Notes under the pieces: generated by a model
Told to the model about the DNA's origin: nothing
Database searches by the model: none
Seen by the model: the letters and a program-made list of their open reading frames with translations, nothing else
Shown: in pieces, positions 22,582 through 33,484 of the stretch
Position numbering within the stretch: the stretch's first letter is position 1
How the letters are laid out: the number at the start of each line of letters is the position of its first letter
Made by a program: the position numbers and the translations under genes
Assembly (NCBI GenBank): GCA_958009085.1
Contig: OY253668.1
Coordinates: 248,001-312,000, forward strand
DNA length: 64,000 nt
DNA from: Protoeuglena noctilucae
Lineage: Eukaryota
Reading direction: 5' to 3'

Positions 22582-25378
22582 TCATCGCTTGCCCTTGGTG
22601 CCAGAGTCCGGCGCTGGAAGGCCCATCTCGAGGTCGCCGGCCCACGATACCGTCGCGAGGCGCGAGGTGTGGTGACCCGTCCCTACGTGCCTGCCAGTGA
22701 TGCTGTGGTTGCTCACGGAGGCGGTGTATTGGGCGACGGCCGGGATGCCCCCTCGGCCAAAATCCGTGAGCCCCTCCCCAAAGGAATCCCCCGACTCGTA
22801 GTGCGGATGGAAGGAGCTCTCGACCGAGCTGCGGCGCTCGTCGCCGGCGTCGCTCGCCGCATCCGCTTTGCTGAGGGCACCGTACGTGTACCTGCGTGCA
22901 GGGCGGGCAAAGGGTAAGCCAGGTGCATGCTGCAGCCGTGTCCGCATGCGTGCTGATAACTGCAAAGGGACATCGCTCGTCTGCCCTGCGCTCACCCATC
23001 CGGGCCGGCACCCTTCGCTTTCTTGTCGCCTTTTTTGCAGCAGAGCTTCCTCCTCCACGCGTACACCCCTGCACGAGCCACGGCATGACACACGTCCGCC
23101 CACTGCGGCACTCACACCTCTAGCACACGCAGCAAGGGGCCTGCGATATCCGAGGCCCATGGCACAGAGCGAGGCGTCCCGTCGGCAGTGGCTTCTGCCT
23201 GACTCACCTCCCGCTGCTCCGGTGGAGGACAGCACCACTGCGAGAGCGATGACCTCCCCGTTCGCCCGCGACGCCGTCTGTGCACAGAGAGGCCAGAGTT
23301 CTTGAGGGTGCACGGACCGGGGTGCCAGCTCGCCCAACCAGGCAGTGGGCGCGCAGCACAGCGCGGGACGCACCGGGATGAAGGGCCCGTCCTTGCTGCA
23401 CTCGGCGTGCGTGAAGGTGATGGAGTCGTTGGTGAACTCGATGAACATATCGAGGAGGTTCCTTGAACTGAGAAGCATTTCGTTGCCCGGAGTGAAGCTG
23501 CGGGGTACAGGATGGAGGTCCTCCCACACGCGTGCGCGGGCGCACCGACACGCAGCGCACAGCGCGCTCGTCGCTTACCTGAAGCACCAGACGGTGTCGT
23601 CGTCCGCTGCCCTCAAGAGGTAGTTGACGGGGTTCAGCGTGAGCACGGCGTCCTCACCGTCGCCCACCACCACCGACACGAACATGTCCGGGAAACCCTC
23701 CAGGGAGATCTGGTTCGCGTCGCTGGTCGGCACCATCCAGCAGCGCAGCTCAAATGAGTCGATGTACCTAGTCGTCTGCAGGAGGGCGGCAGGAAAGCCA
23801 GTGAGACAGCCGGTGAGAGGCTGGGGTGCAGTTGGTTCGTCCACACAGCAACCTGCCCGCTTCCACGCTGCAGCCCCGGCAGACGCAGCGCCCCACCTCC
23901 TTCTCAAGTACCGATTGGGGAAGCTGCTCCCACAGCCCGACCAGCATGGCCTCGTGCACGGGCGCGGGCAGCAGGCCCGGGGCCGTGTACCCCGTGTCGA
24001 CCTCCGCGACCATCTGATCCGTGCCGTCCGTGTCCCACGCGCGGTCCTTGCCCATGCGGAACCCCGTGACGTGGAAGGCCAGGGACCCCGGCGTCGAAGC
24101 TTGGATCTTGGCACGTGTGTCCACCGGCAGCTGCAGGCGAGCTCAAAAGGCTATGCATCTATCGGCAGGGTTCGCGACGTTGCCCGCGTGGCGGCCCACG
24201 CCACGCCTTCCTCACCCCTTGGCGCAAGAGCGGTCCCATCGTCAGCGCCCCCTGCCCCTGCCGGCCCAGGCAGAATCCCCAGGTGGGCGAGGCCGGCTGC
24301 AGCTGCGGCAGCAGCGCGGTGCTCCCGAGACGCAAGCCGAGGATCCCGTCCTCCTCGGTGGAAGCAATGGGGCCGTCCTCTGCCTCTGCGCATCCCAGCA
24401 CCACTGGGACAGTGTCGAGCGTCATGCCGTTGCACTCCAGCAGGTGGATGAGGTCCCGGAATAACGTGCCCTGCACCCGCGATCCCTCCTCATACGACAC
24501 GGTGAAGCGGCAGTGCTGCGGGGGCACGCGCAACGCGTGACTGCTCAGTTTGCACGCGTGCACCGCATGCGTAGGGGTCCATCGATCATGCGGACCATCC
24601 GCACTGCCCTGGAGTCACACCTGCGCGGCGTCGCAGCAGCCGCCGGAGTCAGAGCACGACGATCGGCACAGCGGGTCGTCACACGGCACGGGAACTGCGG
24701 TCGTGGACAGACTCCGATTGAAGGCAGCGCTCTCCGTCCCCTCGCAGGCGACGAACGTGATTCTGCAGTTATTAATGACGAACGGGGAGGCTGGTTCAGC
24801 GGGGATGCTGGTTTGGCATGGCAGGAAGGGGAGCACAGTTGCGGCAGGCGTCGCAGGCCTTGAACTCGATTGCGGGGCCACGATTTCGCGAGGACCAATT
24901 CTCACGTGCTTCCTGTGTCGATTGCCACTCGCAGGGGCTGAGGAGGCGTCCCAATGGCGATCGCCAGGTTGAATAAATCGTCGATCTGCACAGAGACAAA
25001 GTTTGGAGACGTTTCTCGCGCAGTCGAGCCCGCCGTGGCAAAATCAAGCATCACCAAAGTAACATTTTTCGAGAATATTCGAAATCGCTGCCAAAGGCGG
25101 GGTCTGTGGTCTTGCCGGCGTCGATCAACGCGGTCGCCGTCGTCTAACAGCTGTGGTCGTGCCGGCGCCGATCGCCGCGGCCGCGGTTGTCTATCAGCAG
25201 CACGGTGGCGGGCACGCACCTGCCGCTCCACAGGGAAGATGATTGCTTGCGGCGCTGCAGACGACGATACCACACTGCTCGACACGGACTGCAACGCGTT
25301 CCCGCCAGCGGTGGAAATGATGGTGGCGAGCATCGTTATGGCGCCAACCATACAAGATAAATCCATACACAGCCCCAT
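22582..25378 (-). CDS. A1-family aspartic protease with N-terminal signal sequence (multi-exon; 3' structure uncertain)
   Basis: IAIGTPPQPLRVAIDTGSTITFVAC after splicing; CRFTVSYEEGSRVQG; DGILGL; second catalytic VDTGYT; LTLNPVNYL; RNLLDMFIEF. Confidence 0.85.
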
Positions 25379-25883
25379 GGTGGCCCCTTCCCAAATGGGG
25401 GGTGGCCGGCTGGCCCGCACAGGCTCGCCAAATGCGCGGAGATGGAGGCAGCGATATTGGCGGCGCGGCTCTGATGACAAAGTTCTTCCTGGCGAGCGTG
25501 CGATAGCCTCATCGCCTGAACGCGGGGAGTACCGGATGGCGCCAGGCTGACCCACTGACGCGCACGGCAAGCCCGTCAGACTTCGCCGTATCCCCCCGAC
25601 CCCTCGTCATATCTGCACTCGGCTCATTCCACGTCCCTGCCGTCCCTGTCGTGAGCCTCGATCCTGTGCCTCTTTCTAAGCAAGCAAGTCAGGCACTCAG
25701 ACCCTGCCATACCCAAAGAGTCCCCGCCATCGACTGGCGTAGAGTTGCAGGGGCGCAGGGTGCATCCCCACCGCGGCGGAGAGGCTGAGCCGGGCGGTCG
25801 TTGTGCGAAATGTCGGCCTTCCTGGACGCCCAGGCCGACCAGCGACCAGCCAACCATTCCGGCATGGGGTCCGCGTATCTTGA

Positions 25884-28112
25884 ATGACTGGAGATGAGGA
25901 ACATGCAGGTGCGGTTCGCGCCCCCGATGGTTGCTCCGCGCGCGCGCCTGCAGGGCCGCACACCTCTGCGAAGGCTTTCGTACCGCCGTCGGCGCGCAAG
26001 CCCTGCATTTCGCGGCGACAATCTTGCTTTATGCTTCCTGAGCACGGCGACATCCCTCGCTCTCCGTCGCAGGCGTCCACCAGCGGGCACGCGGGGTCCT
26101 ATGCGGGCACCCGGACGCCGCGCATCGTTTCCGCCGCCGGCTCGCGGATGCAGTCCGGGGGGGCAGATCATAGCAGGCTCGATTCGTCCGCGTCGCGTCG
26201 GGTGTCCACGGCGGGCTCGCAGAGGTGCGACGACGGCATACGCGCCCGCAGCGCCGGGAGCGGAGTGTTCTCCGCCTCCGCCGCCTTCCACGCCCGCAGT
26301 CGTCCACCGCTTGCAGGCCGATCGATTCTCTGTCGTCGAGGCCGCCGTCGGGGATGATGCTGAACGCCGTTGAGCGGGCGCCGGGGTCGGGAGGCACGCC
26401 ACTCCACAAGCTCCCCCGCGCAGCTCGGGGCCCCGGCGGGGAAGGCGACGAGCCGCCCGTGCGTCCGCAATCAAGTAGCGGGGCGCGTGCGACGAGCCGA
26501 GACCCCGGTTTCTCCGCGTCGATTGCCCCCACGGGAGGCGCCTTCACCGTCCCCTTCACTGGTGCGTCGGCCATGCGGTGGCCACCCGCCCCGCGTCGCC
26601 CGCCGTCGCGCCGCGCGCGCTCATCCCTCGCGCGACCCCTCGCAGGCGACCGGCCCGTGGACGCCTCGGTGGCCGGGATGACCATCCACGACTACATGGC
26701 TTACATGGAGCGCAAGTCGGTGCTGAGAGCCAAGACGCCGGGGGATGGGGAGGCGCGGGGGCCGCTTTCCGGGGGCGGCACGGAGGAGCGGCCCTCGAGC
26801 CGGGGTTCGTCCCGCGCGCAAAGCCGGCAGGGCGTCGTGTCCCCGCACGGTGCGGACGGGGCGCCCTTCCCGGATCACCTGGCCTCGGGCGCGGCACCGC
26901 GCATCGACCTCTGGGGCCCCACGGCGGCCGGGGCGGCCGCGAACTCGCTCCTGGGCTTCGAGGGCCCGCCGCTGTCCATCGGGCACGCCGGCCACTCCCT
27001 CGCGCCCGCCCCGGCGCGCAGCGACCCGCTCCGTGCGTCCGCCGCCACCATGACCCACGCGAGCTCCCAGCGGGGCTCCGAGTGGCGCCCCGGCTCGGTG
27101 TTCTACGGCCCCGGCGGCGTCGTGCGCAACTCCCACGAGGACGAGGGCGCTGCAGGGGTCACGACGGCCCCCGTGGTCCCCACCGACCTCAGCTCCCTCA
27201 GCCCGGAGCTCTTCACGCCCCGCTCCCCACGGTCCCTTGGCGCCCAGCAGACCTTCAACGACGTGCTGCCCGAGGCCCCCTACTCGCCCCTGGGTGTCCC
27301 CACCCACGGCGACGACCACGATGTCGACACCCACACGGCCGACTCCGGGCGCACATCCGCGGCATGGAACAGCCGGCGCAGACGCAGCGCGGCGCAGGTG
27401 AGGATCTTGCGCGCAGCTGCGGGGAGGGGCGCGCGGGGCGTCGCGTGCTGCGACGGGGGCCATGCTGACGGGTCCCATGTCCCGTCCTTCCCCCCAGCCC
27501 GCGTGGGTCAGCAGCGCCCCGGCCAACCGCCCGCTCTCGAGCCCCGGCGCGGGCCACGCGACCAGCGCCCTCTCCTCCGCCCGGGAGTCCACCGCCGTCC
27601 TCGCCCCGCCCCTCGCGGCGCGCCCGGCCGCGCAGAGGTCGGGCTCGGCCCTCCCGGCCCCCCCACGCGCGCCCTCGCCCTCCGCGGGCGCCCACGCGGC
27701 GTCCCCCGCCGCTCCGGGCGACTGGACGGTGGAGGACGACGCCCCGCTCGATCGCCAAGTGCGCCGCGCCTTCTCGGCGGCCCCTGGCAAGGGCATGGCG
27801 GGCGCGGAGAGGCCGCCCTCTCGCCACCGCCCGCCGAATCGCTCGCTCAACCTCTTCGTGACGCCCGGGGAGGGTCTGTCGAAGCTGGCGTCGCCTCTAA
27901 CGGGCCCCGGGGGCCTGGCCCAGGGGTCTGCGGGTGACGCGGCGGGGTGGGCGGGCGCCAAGGTGTCTCGGTTGATGCGGCAGCGGCCCAAGTCGGCCGC
28001 CGTGGTCCCGAAGATCCTGGCGGGCGCCCGGGGCGGCGCCGTTGGGGACGAGGGCGCCCGGGCTTCCCAGCCACAGCGCAGCAGCCTCATGGCACCCGAC
28101 CGGCGACGCTGA
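25884..28112 (+). CDS. Hypothetical low-complexity Ser/Pro/Ala/Arg-rich protein (multi-exon; start uncertain)
   Basis: Long ORF 26225-27397 with strong GC3 codon bias, a donor gtgagg at 27398, and a continuing frame ending APDRRR* at 28112. No recognisable domain. Confidence 0.5.
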
Positions 28113-28318
28113 CGGGCACAGCTGCGCGGCGTGTATCGTAGACGCAGTCCTTACCATGTTGCTATTCTCACGACTCCCTTGCATCATTGATTCAAACCGT
28201 GTCGATTTCTTGAGTGTCTGCCCGCTGCTGAGGTGTGAAAGAGGAGACAGGCAGAGCAAAGAGGGACTATGCGCGCTGCTTGGGACGGCCTAGATGGCGG
28301 GCAGCCTGCGCTAGGAGG

Positions 28319-31300
28319 TCAGTTCAAGGCGCCGCCGGATCCCGGGCCCCTCCCGAGCAGCGTGGCAGCAATGCTCATGCCGTCGTCCTCTCGCTTGGCA
28401 GGAGAGGGAGGGACCCCATCAGATACCCCGGCGGACGCCTCCTCACCCGCACCCGATGGACTCTTACCACGAATTTCTTTGGGTGGGTCCGCCTGGGGTG
28501 TCTCCCCCGCACCGCTCTCCGCCTCGCGACCCCTGGCTGCCTCCCCGCCACCGCCGCCCCTGCTGGCCCCTCTCGGCTCATCGTGTGCGCTCCCCACCTC
28601 CGGCTTCCGCCCCCGCGCCAACATGAGCAGCTCTCGGTACTTGGATGCCCTGCCCAGGACGTTGTGCTCCTCCAAGTGAGCGAGGGCGTCCAGGGCAGCC
28701 GCGTGCTGCAGGCGCGACAGCACGACAGTTATGTGGGCCTGAAGGGCGTTTCCGAAACGTGCTGTGCCTGGCTTGGAAAGCGACAGGAGCGGACCATGAT
28801 GCAACGAGAGACCAACACCGCGTCTGCTGACTGGCCCTTCCCTGTGCTCTCAGGTCACCTGCGCCAGGTGCTGGCTGAGCCCCTGCCCGGCCCCGACCCA
28901 TCGGTCCTTTATGAACACCTCCACCGAGTAGACCGGCGGCCGCTTGCCCTTCTGGAGAGTGCGGCTCGAGTCTTTGAAAGAGGGGTTCCCGAGACCAAAG
29001 GTGCGGCACGCCTCTTGCAGCTCATGCCTGCAGTCACGACGCGCGTGTGTGAAGAGTGATTAGCAACAGCGAGTGGTCACTCACAGACGCACTTCATGCA
29101 TGGGCGGGGTCACAGGGGGTCTGCTGCACCGAGACTGGACAGGCAGTGAACGTGAAGCATCCGAGTCACGACATGAACAAAGACAGGATCTTGCACGAGG
29201 TGCGCAGACGGCCTCGCTCGCTGCCGCCCCGCTCACTTGAAGTCCCATCCCTCTGTGTCGAGGGTCTCCAGCCCCATAGCACGGTCGATGAGGGACAGCA
29301 CGAACTGCTCGCAGCACGGGAGGCCCTGGTCCAGGTACAGCGCCCCCAGCAGCGCCTCCAGGCAGTCCTCGAGCACCCCTGGCGAGTAGTGGTGGCACGA
29401 GCGCATGAGCGGGGCCGACTCGACGACGTAGCGCTGGAGGTTGAGGATGAGGGCGTACTCGTACAATGCGGCCGAGGAGGTGAGGCGCGCCTCCAGGGCG
29501 GTCAGGCGGCCCTCGTCGGCGCTGGGGAAGCGGCGGACCAGGAAACGGCGGACGACGGTGCCCAGGACAGAATCCCTGGGGGGCAAAAGGGTGGGTGCAG
29601 TAATTGGTCGGTGTGAGCAGGGACCCGTGCACGCCCATCGCTGCTTTCCCGGATGCGCCAGCCACGGCACGTCCCTCCATGTATCCTCACCCCAGGTACT
29701 CGAGCCTCTCGCACGACAGGTGCCTCCACATGTTCGAATCCGGCAGGGCCGTGGCGGCGGTGAGCGCGGCACGGTAGAGCGACATGTCACGCACGCCGCA
29801 TCCCACGATCCACTCCACGCGCCACCTGCGACAGAGAAAGTCAGTTTGGAAAGAGCGAATGTATGTATCGCGTCGCTAACATGACGCGCCACACTCGCCC
29901 ATGGTGCTGCAGGGATCGTGTGCATGGTTCGTATGTCATCACCTGGGCAGGTCTGCCAGCGGGCGCAGGCTGCATCCCTCGCGGTTCCACCACGTCTCGG
30001 CCGCCAGGGCGTCGCGTAACGTGTCCGCCTCCATGATGCGCGCCACTGCGGGGCTGGCGTGGACGGCCGGGTGACGAGGGGCGCGGCCGGATCGCACAGC
30101 ACGCCTCAGCCAGAAGGGCAGCAGGCACCACAGCGCCGTGAAGGTGGAATGGCCGGCCGCGACGACCTGCGCCGCGCAAAGCAGGGGCGGCGGGCGAATC
30201 CTTGCCATCCATAACCATGCACATCGCCACTCCACCGCATGCCAGGTGAGCTGCACGTCCCCTCACCCCCTGCTGCAGCAGTGCGAGCACCCGCAGCGTG
30301 CTGCTGCCCCTGGCCTGGCCCTCCCTCGGCTCCAGAGCGCGTCGCAGGGCGTCGGCCGCGATCGTCACGTCGTGGGCCAGGCGTTCCACCAGAAAGGGCG
30401 ACATGCGCGGCAGGGGCGCCGCAATGCCCTCCAGGGAAGACAAGGGGAGGCGCCTGCGGACCCGGCGCCTGCCCAGCCGCCGGAATGCCGTGTCGGGGTT
30501 GGGAGTCTTTGGGAGGGGCAGCCTGGGAGGGCGAGGGCGAGTTCGATGCATCGGCCGCTGGCTGGCCGCGGTGCAGCACCATTGCGTGCATAGGGTGTAA
30601 CGCGTGCTATCATCCCCAGGCTGGGCTGTCCCTTGCCTGGCCGCTGCGGTGATCCATCGCTCAGGTTTCGTCTCGGGGCGCTCTGGGATGATCCATTGGC
30701 GATCCGTGTTATTGGACCGCTTGGCCGACCGTTTGCGGCGACCGGCGGAGCCCGCCGGCTTGCCGGACGGGGGTTGCAGGGCTTGCGCCGCCGCTGGTGG
30801 GGATCCGTCGGGCGAGGGCGATGTCTGGGGCGCCGGCTTGGTCCCCGCTCCCCCGCCCTTGGCAGCTTTACCTTCGCCCGAGTCTTTCGCTTGGGCCTTG
30901 GCTAACGACAGTGGGAAAGGGTGCCGGGCAAACGATGGGAAGTGGCGGCGCCACCCGGGACGCAGCGGTGTGGTGGAGAGGGCGAGGGGCCGGGACGAGG
31001 AGCATCCCCATTGCGCCGTCATCCCCTGTACCGTCATCCGCGCGCGTGGTCCAGCCGCTGATGGCCACTTGCCGCTCCCCTAGGCCGCTGCGAGAGTGGA
31101 GAGGGCGCCCCCGTCGCACATGGGGCTCCGATCGCAAGCCAGCCATCATCCGCGTAAAGACATAAAAGTTGTCAGATGGGCATGTGGTCGGCGACCGTCC
31201 GCGGAGCGCCCCGGCGGAGGACACCACCCAACGTGTGCCCCGTGCGAACCCCCCCGTTTCAGACGCGCTTCACGCACGGGACACTCACCAAACCCCTCCC

Positions 31301-31587
31301 AGATTGACGCATTCCCGGTCTCACCGGCAGGGGACGATCCAAGTGAAAACTAGGCGCGTGCGTCGCTGGCTCTCGAACGCTGAATGCGTGCTGCGGTCAG
31401 TCGCTGAGAGAAGAAGAGCAAGCGAGGATATGTGCCGGTGCAAGGGGGGCAAGGTGACCTGGTTCAGCGAGGAGGACGCGCGGAAGACGCAGGTGTTCCG
31501 CGTCAGGCGTGGCACGAGCGAACTGAGGCTCCGCCGCCGCGAGCGCAGGGAATCTGCAACATAGCGGTTGAGAACTTCCTTGAGCAT
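28319..31587 (-). CDS. Ribonuclease III (single RNase III domain + dsRBD), probably organelle-targeted; 5' exons uncertain
   Basis: Spliced signature SCERLEYLG|DSVLG; RFPSADEGRLT; LEDCLEALLGALYLDQG; dsRBD DFKHELQE...VYSVEVFI...QHAAALDAL. Putative R/S-rich presequence MLKEVLNRYVADSLRSRRRSLSS from 31587. Confidence 0.85.
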
Positions 31588-31814
31588 AGTCGACCAGACG
31601 CGTCTCCGCGCATGGCTGTGTGCGGTGAGTGCCACGCAGCGTGTGCCTGATGGCCTGAGGCGATCACCGGTTGCCTGCGTAGGAGGGGCCAGTTGTCGGG
31701 CGTGGCAGCTGGATCCGCTACCGACACGCATCTGAAACGCAGCCAATGCACACGTCCCCTCTTTGACGGTTGCTCCAGCCGTTCCTGCCTCCCGCGTCTT
31801 CCGCAGGGCGTGTT

Positions 31815-33174
31815 ATGCTGCGCAGTGTTCTTAGGAAGGGTGGGCGCAGCCTGTGCGCTGTGACCTGGAGGTCGTCCCTCGCCGGCTTCGGAAGGGCGGC
31901 AGGTGCTGTACGCGCCAGCAGTCTTGAGCCATGCTGCGCCCGCGCGGTCGATGGCGGACGGATCTCGCCCATGATGCCCCCTTTCGATATTTTCAAGCAT
32001 GACCTCGTGACAAACGCCGGATCCGCGTGCTCATCCGCAGGCCTGGATGCGTTCCCCGGCGCTTCCCTTCTGGCCTCCGAGCTGCGCCAGCCGCTCGCTT
32101 TCCACGCCTTCGCATCCAGCGCCAAGGTGACGTACTTGCAGTGTCTGCTGCCTGGGCCACTCTGTGTCGCCTGCGCGCGCTCCCCTCGTGCGTGGGCCGG
32201 CCACCATTGAGACCACAGTCTTTCTCATCCCGTCGCGCTCGCAGGAGGCCGATGGCAACCTGATCAAGTCCCTGAAGAAGGAGCTCGAATTCGAGAAGGA
32301 GGAGGGCGGCGCGGAGAACCCGGAGAGTCCTCCGAACGAGTTCCAGATGGCCGAGAGCGAGGGGGACAGCATGCTGCGGTGGACGCGCAAGGTCGGGGCC
32401 GAGACGATCGAGGTCGAGGCGTGCGTGTCTGACGAAGACGAGCTCTACGACGACGACTTCGAGGCGATTTGGCTCCGCCGCGGCTCAGCGCCCGTCGCAG
32501 CTGGCCTATCACCGTCGCAACACACCAGTGCGTGCCGCCTGCGCCGGCCCATCGCGCGCTTGCTTCGACTGCGCAGGAGGAGGACGAGGAGGCGGGCGAC
32601 GAGGAGGACGTGCCCATGGCGGCGCACCCCTTCCTGGTGAATGTGCGCAAGGAGGGCGTGCGTCGCACCCTGCGCTTCCACTGCAGCACCGAGGGCGGCG
32701 AGATGACCATCCACCAGGTGGAGCTGGCCGATGAGGACGTCGGGAAGGATGACGGCGTCAAGGTGCCCTACACGGGACCCAGGTGAGACATGCCGTCAGC
32801 GGGATGGAGGGCGCACGTGTATGCAACAGCGTCACAGCGCACGCCCACCTCTCCTTTCGAGAAACCCGCAACCCAACCGCACCCGCCTCGCACCCTTACC
32901 CCGCCACCGTCGTCACTCACCCCAACCCGCACCCGCCTCGCACCGTAACCCCGCCACTTTTGCCCCTCCCCCCAACCCACCCGCCCCCGCCTCGCCCCCC
33001 AGGTTCGACACGCTGGACACGGACCTGCAGTCGCACCTGTACTCCTTCCTCTGGTCCCGCGGCGTCGACCGCGACTTCGTGGGGTACCTCTTCACGGCGG
33101 TGGTCGACAAGGAGCAGCGCGAGTACGTCCGGTGGCTCCAGAACATGCACGAGTTCGTGGCCAAGAAGCAGTAG
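31815..33174 (+). CDS. MAM33: Mitochondrial acidic matrix glycoprotein (MAM33/p32/C1QBP family)
   Basis: Presequence MLRSVLRK...; LIKSLKKELEFE; YTGPRFDTLDTDLQSHLYSFLWSRGVDRDF...KEQREYVRWL. Confidence 0.92.
32866..33000 (+). repeat. C-rich imperfect tandem repeat (~49-bp period, 3 copies) within last MAM33 intron
   Basis: cccaac(c)cgcacccgcctcgcacc occurs at ~32872 and ~32920, with a degenerate copy at ~32971. Confidence 0.7.
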
Positions 33175-33484
33175 GGGATGATTGCTGGGAGGCGGAGCTC
33201 GTGCGTGGCGCGGGAGGGTCACCTGGGGGCAGCCGAGCGCGAGTAGAGGCGACCGCACTGCTGCGGGCAGGCGATCCGATGTCCGGCAGTCTCGGTGCTC
33301 CAGGGCTTCGGTAGAGGTACGGATGGCGTTTGAAATTCAACAGGGGTCATTGTCAGGTTATTTGCTGGATGCGTGCGGGACCCGGGGCGGCTTCACTAGG
33401 GGTGCACGTCTCGGTTCCAACTGTGTTCAACAGACAAGAAACACTGCGACAACTCAGGCACAATCGCTTACAACAAGCAGGTCC

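Noticed and set aside
26621..28090. 489-aa minus-strand ORF
   Set aside because: Codon bias and splice sites favour the + strand gene, so this is a shadow ORF.
31061..31564. Possible small basic spliced gene on + strand
   Set aside because: There is no recognisable homology, and the minus-strand reading as the RNase III presequence exon is more parsimonious.
33467..33471. TGTAA chlorophyte poly(A) signal downstream of the minus-strand gene
   Set aside because: It is present here but not consistently after other genes in the window, so it was not annotated as a regulatory site.
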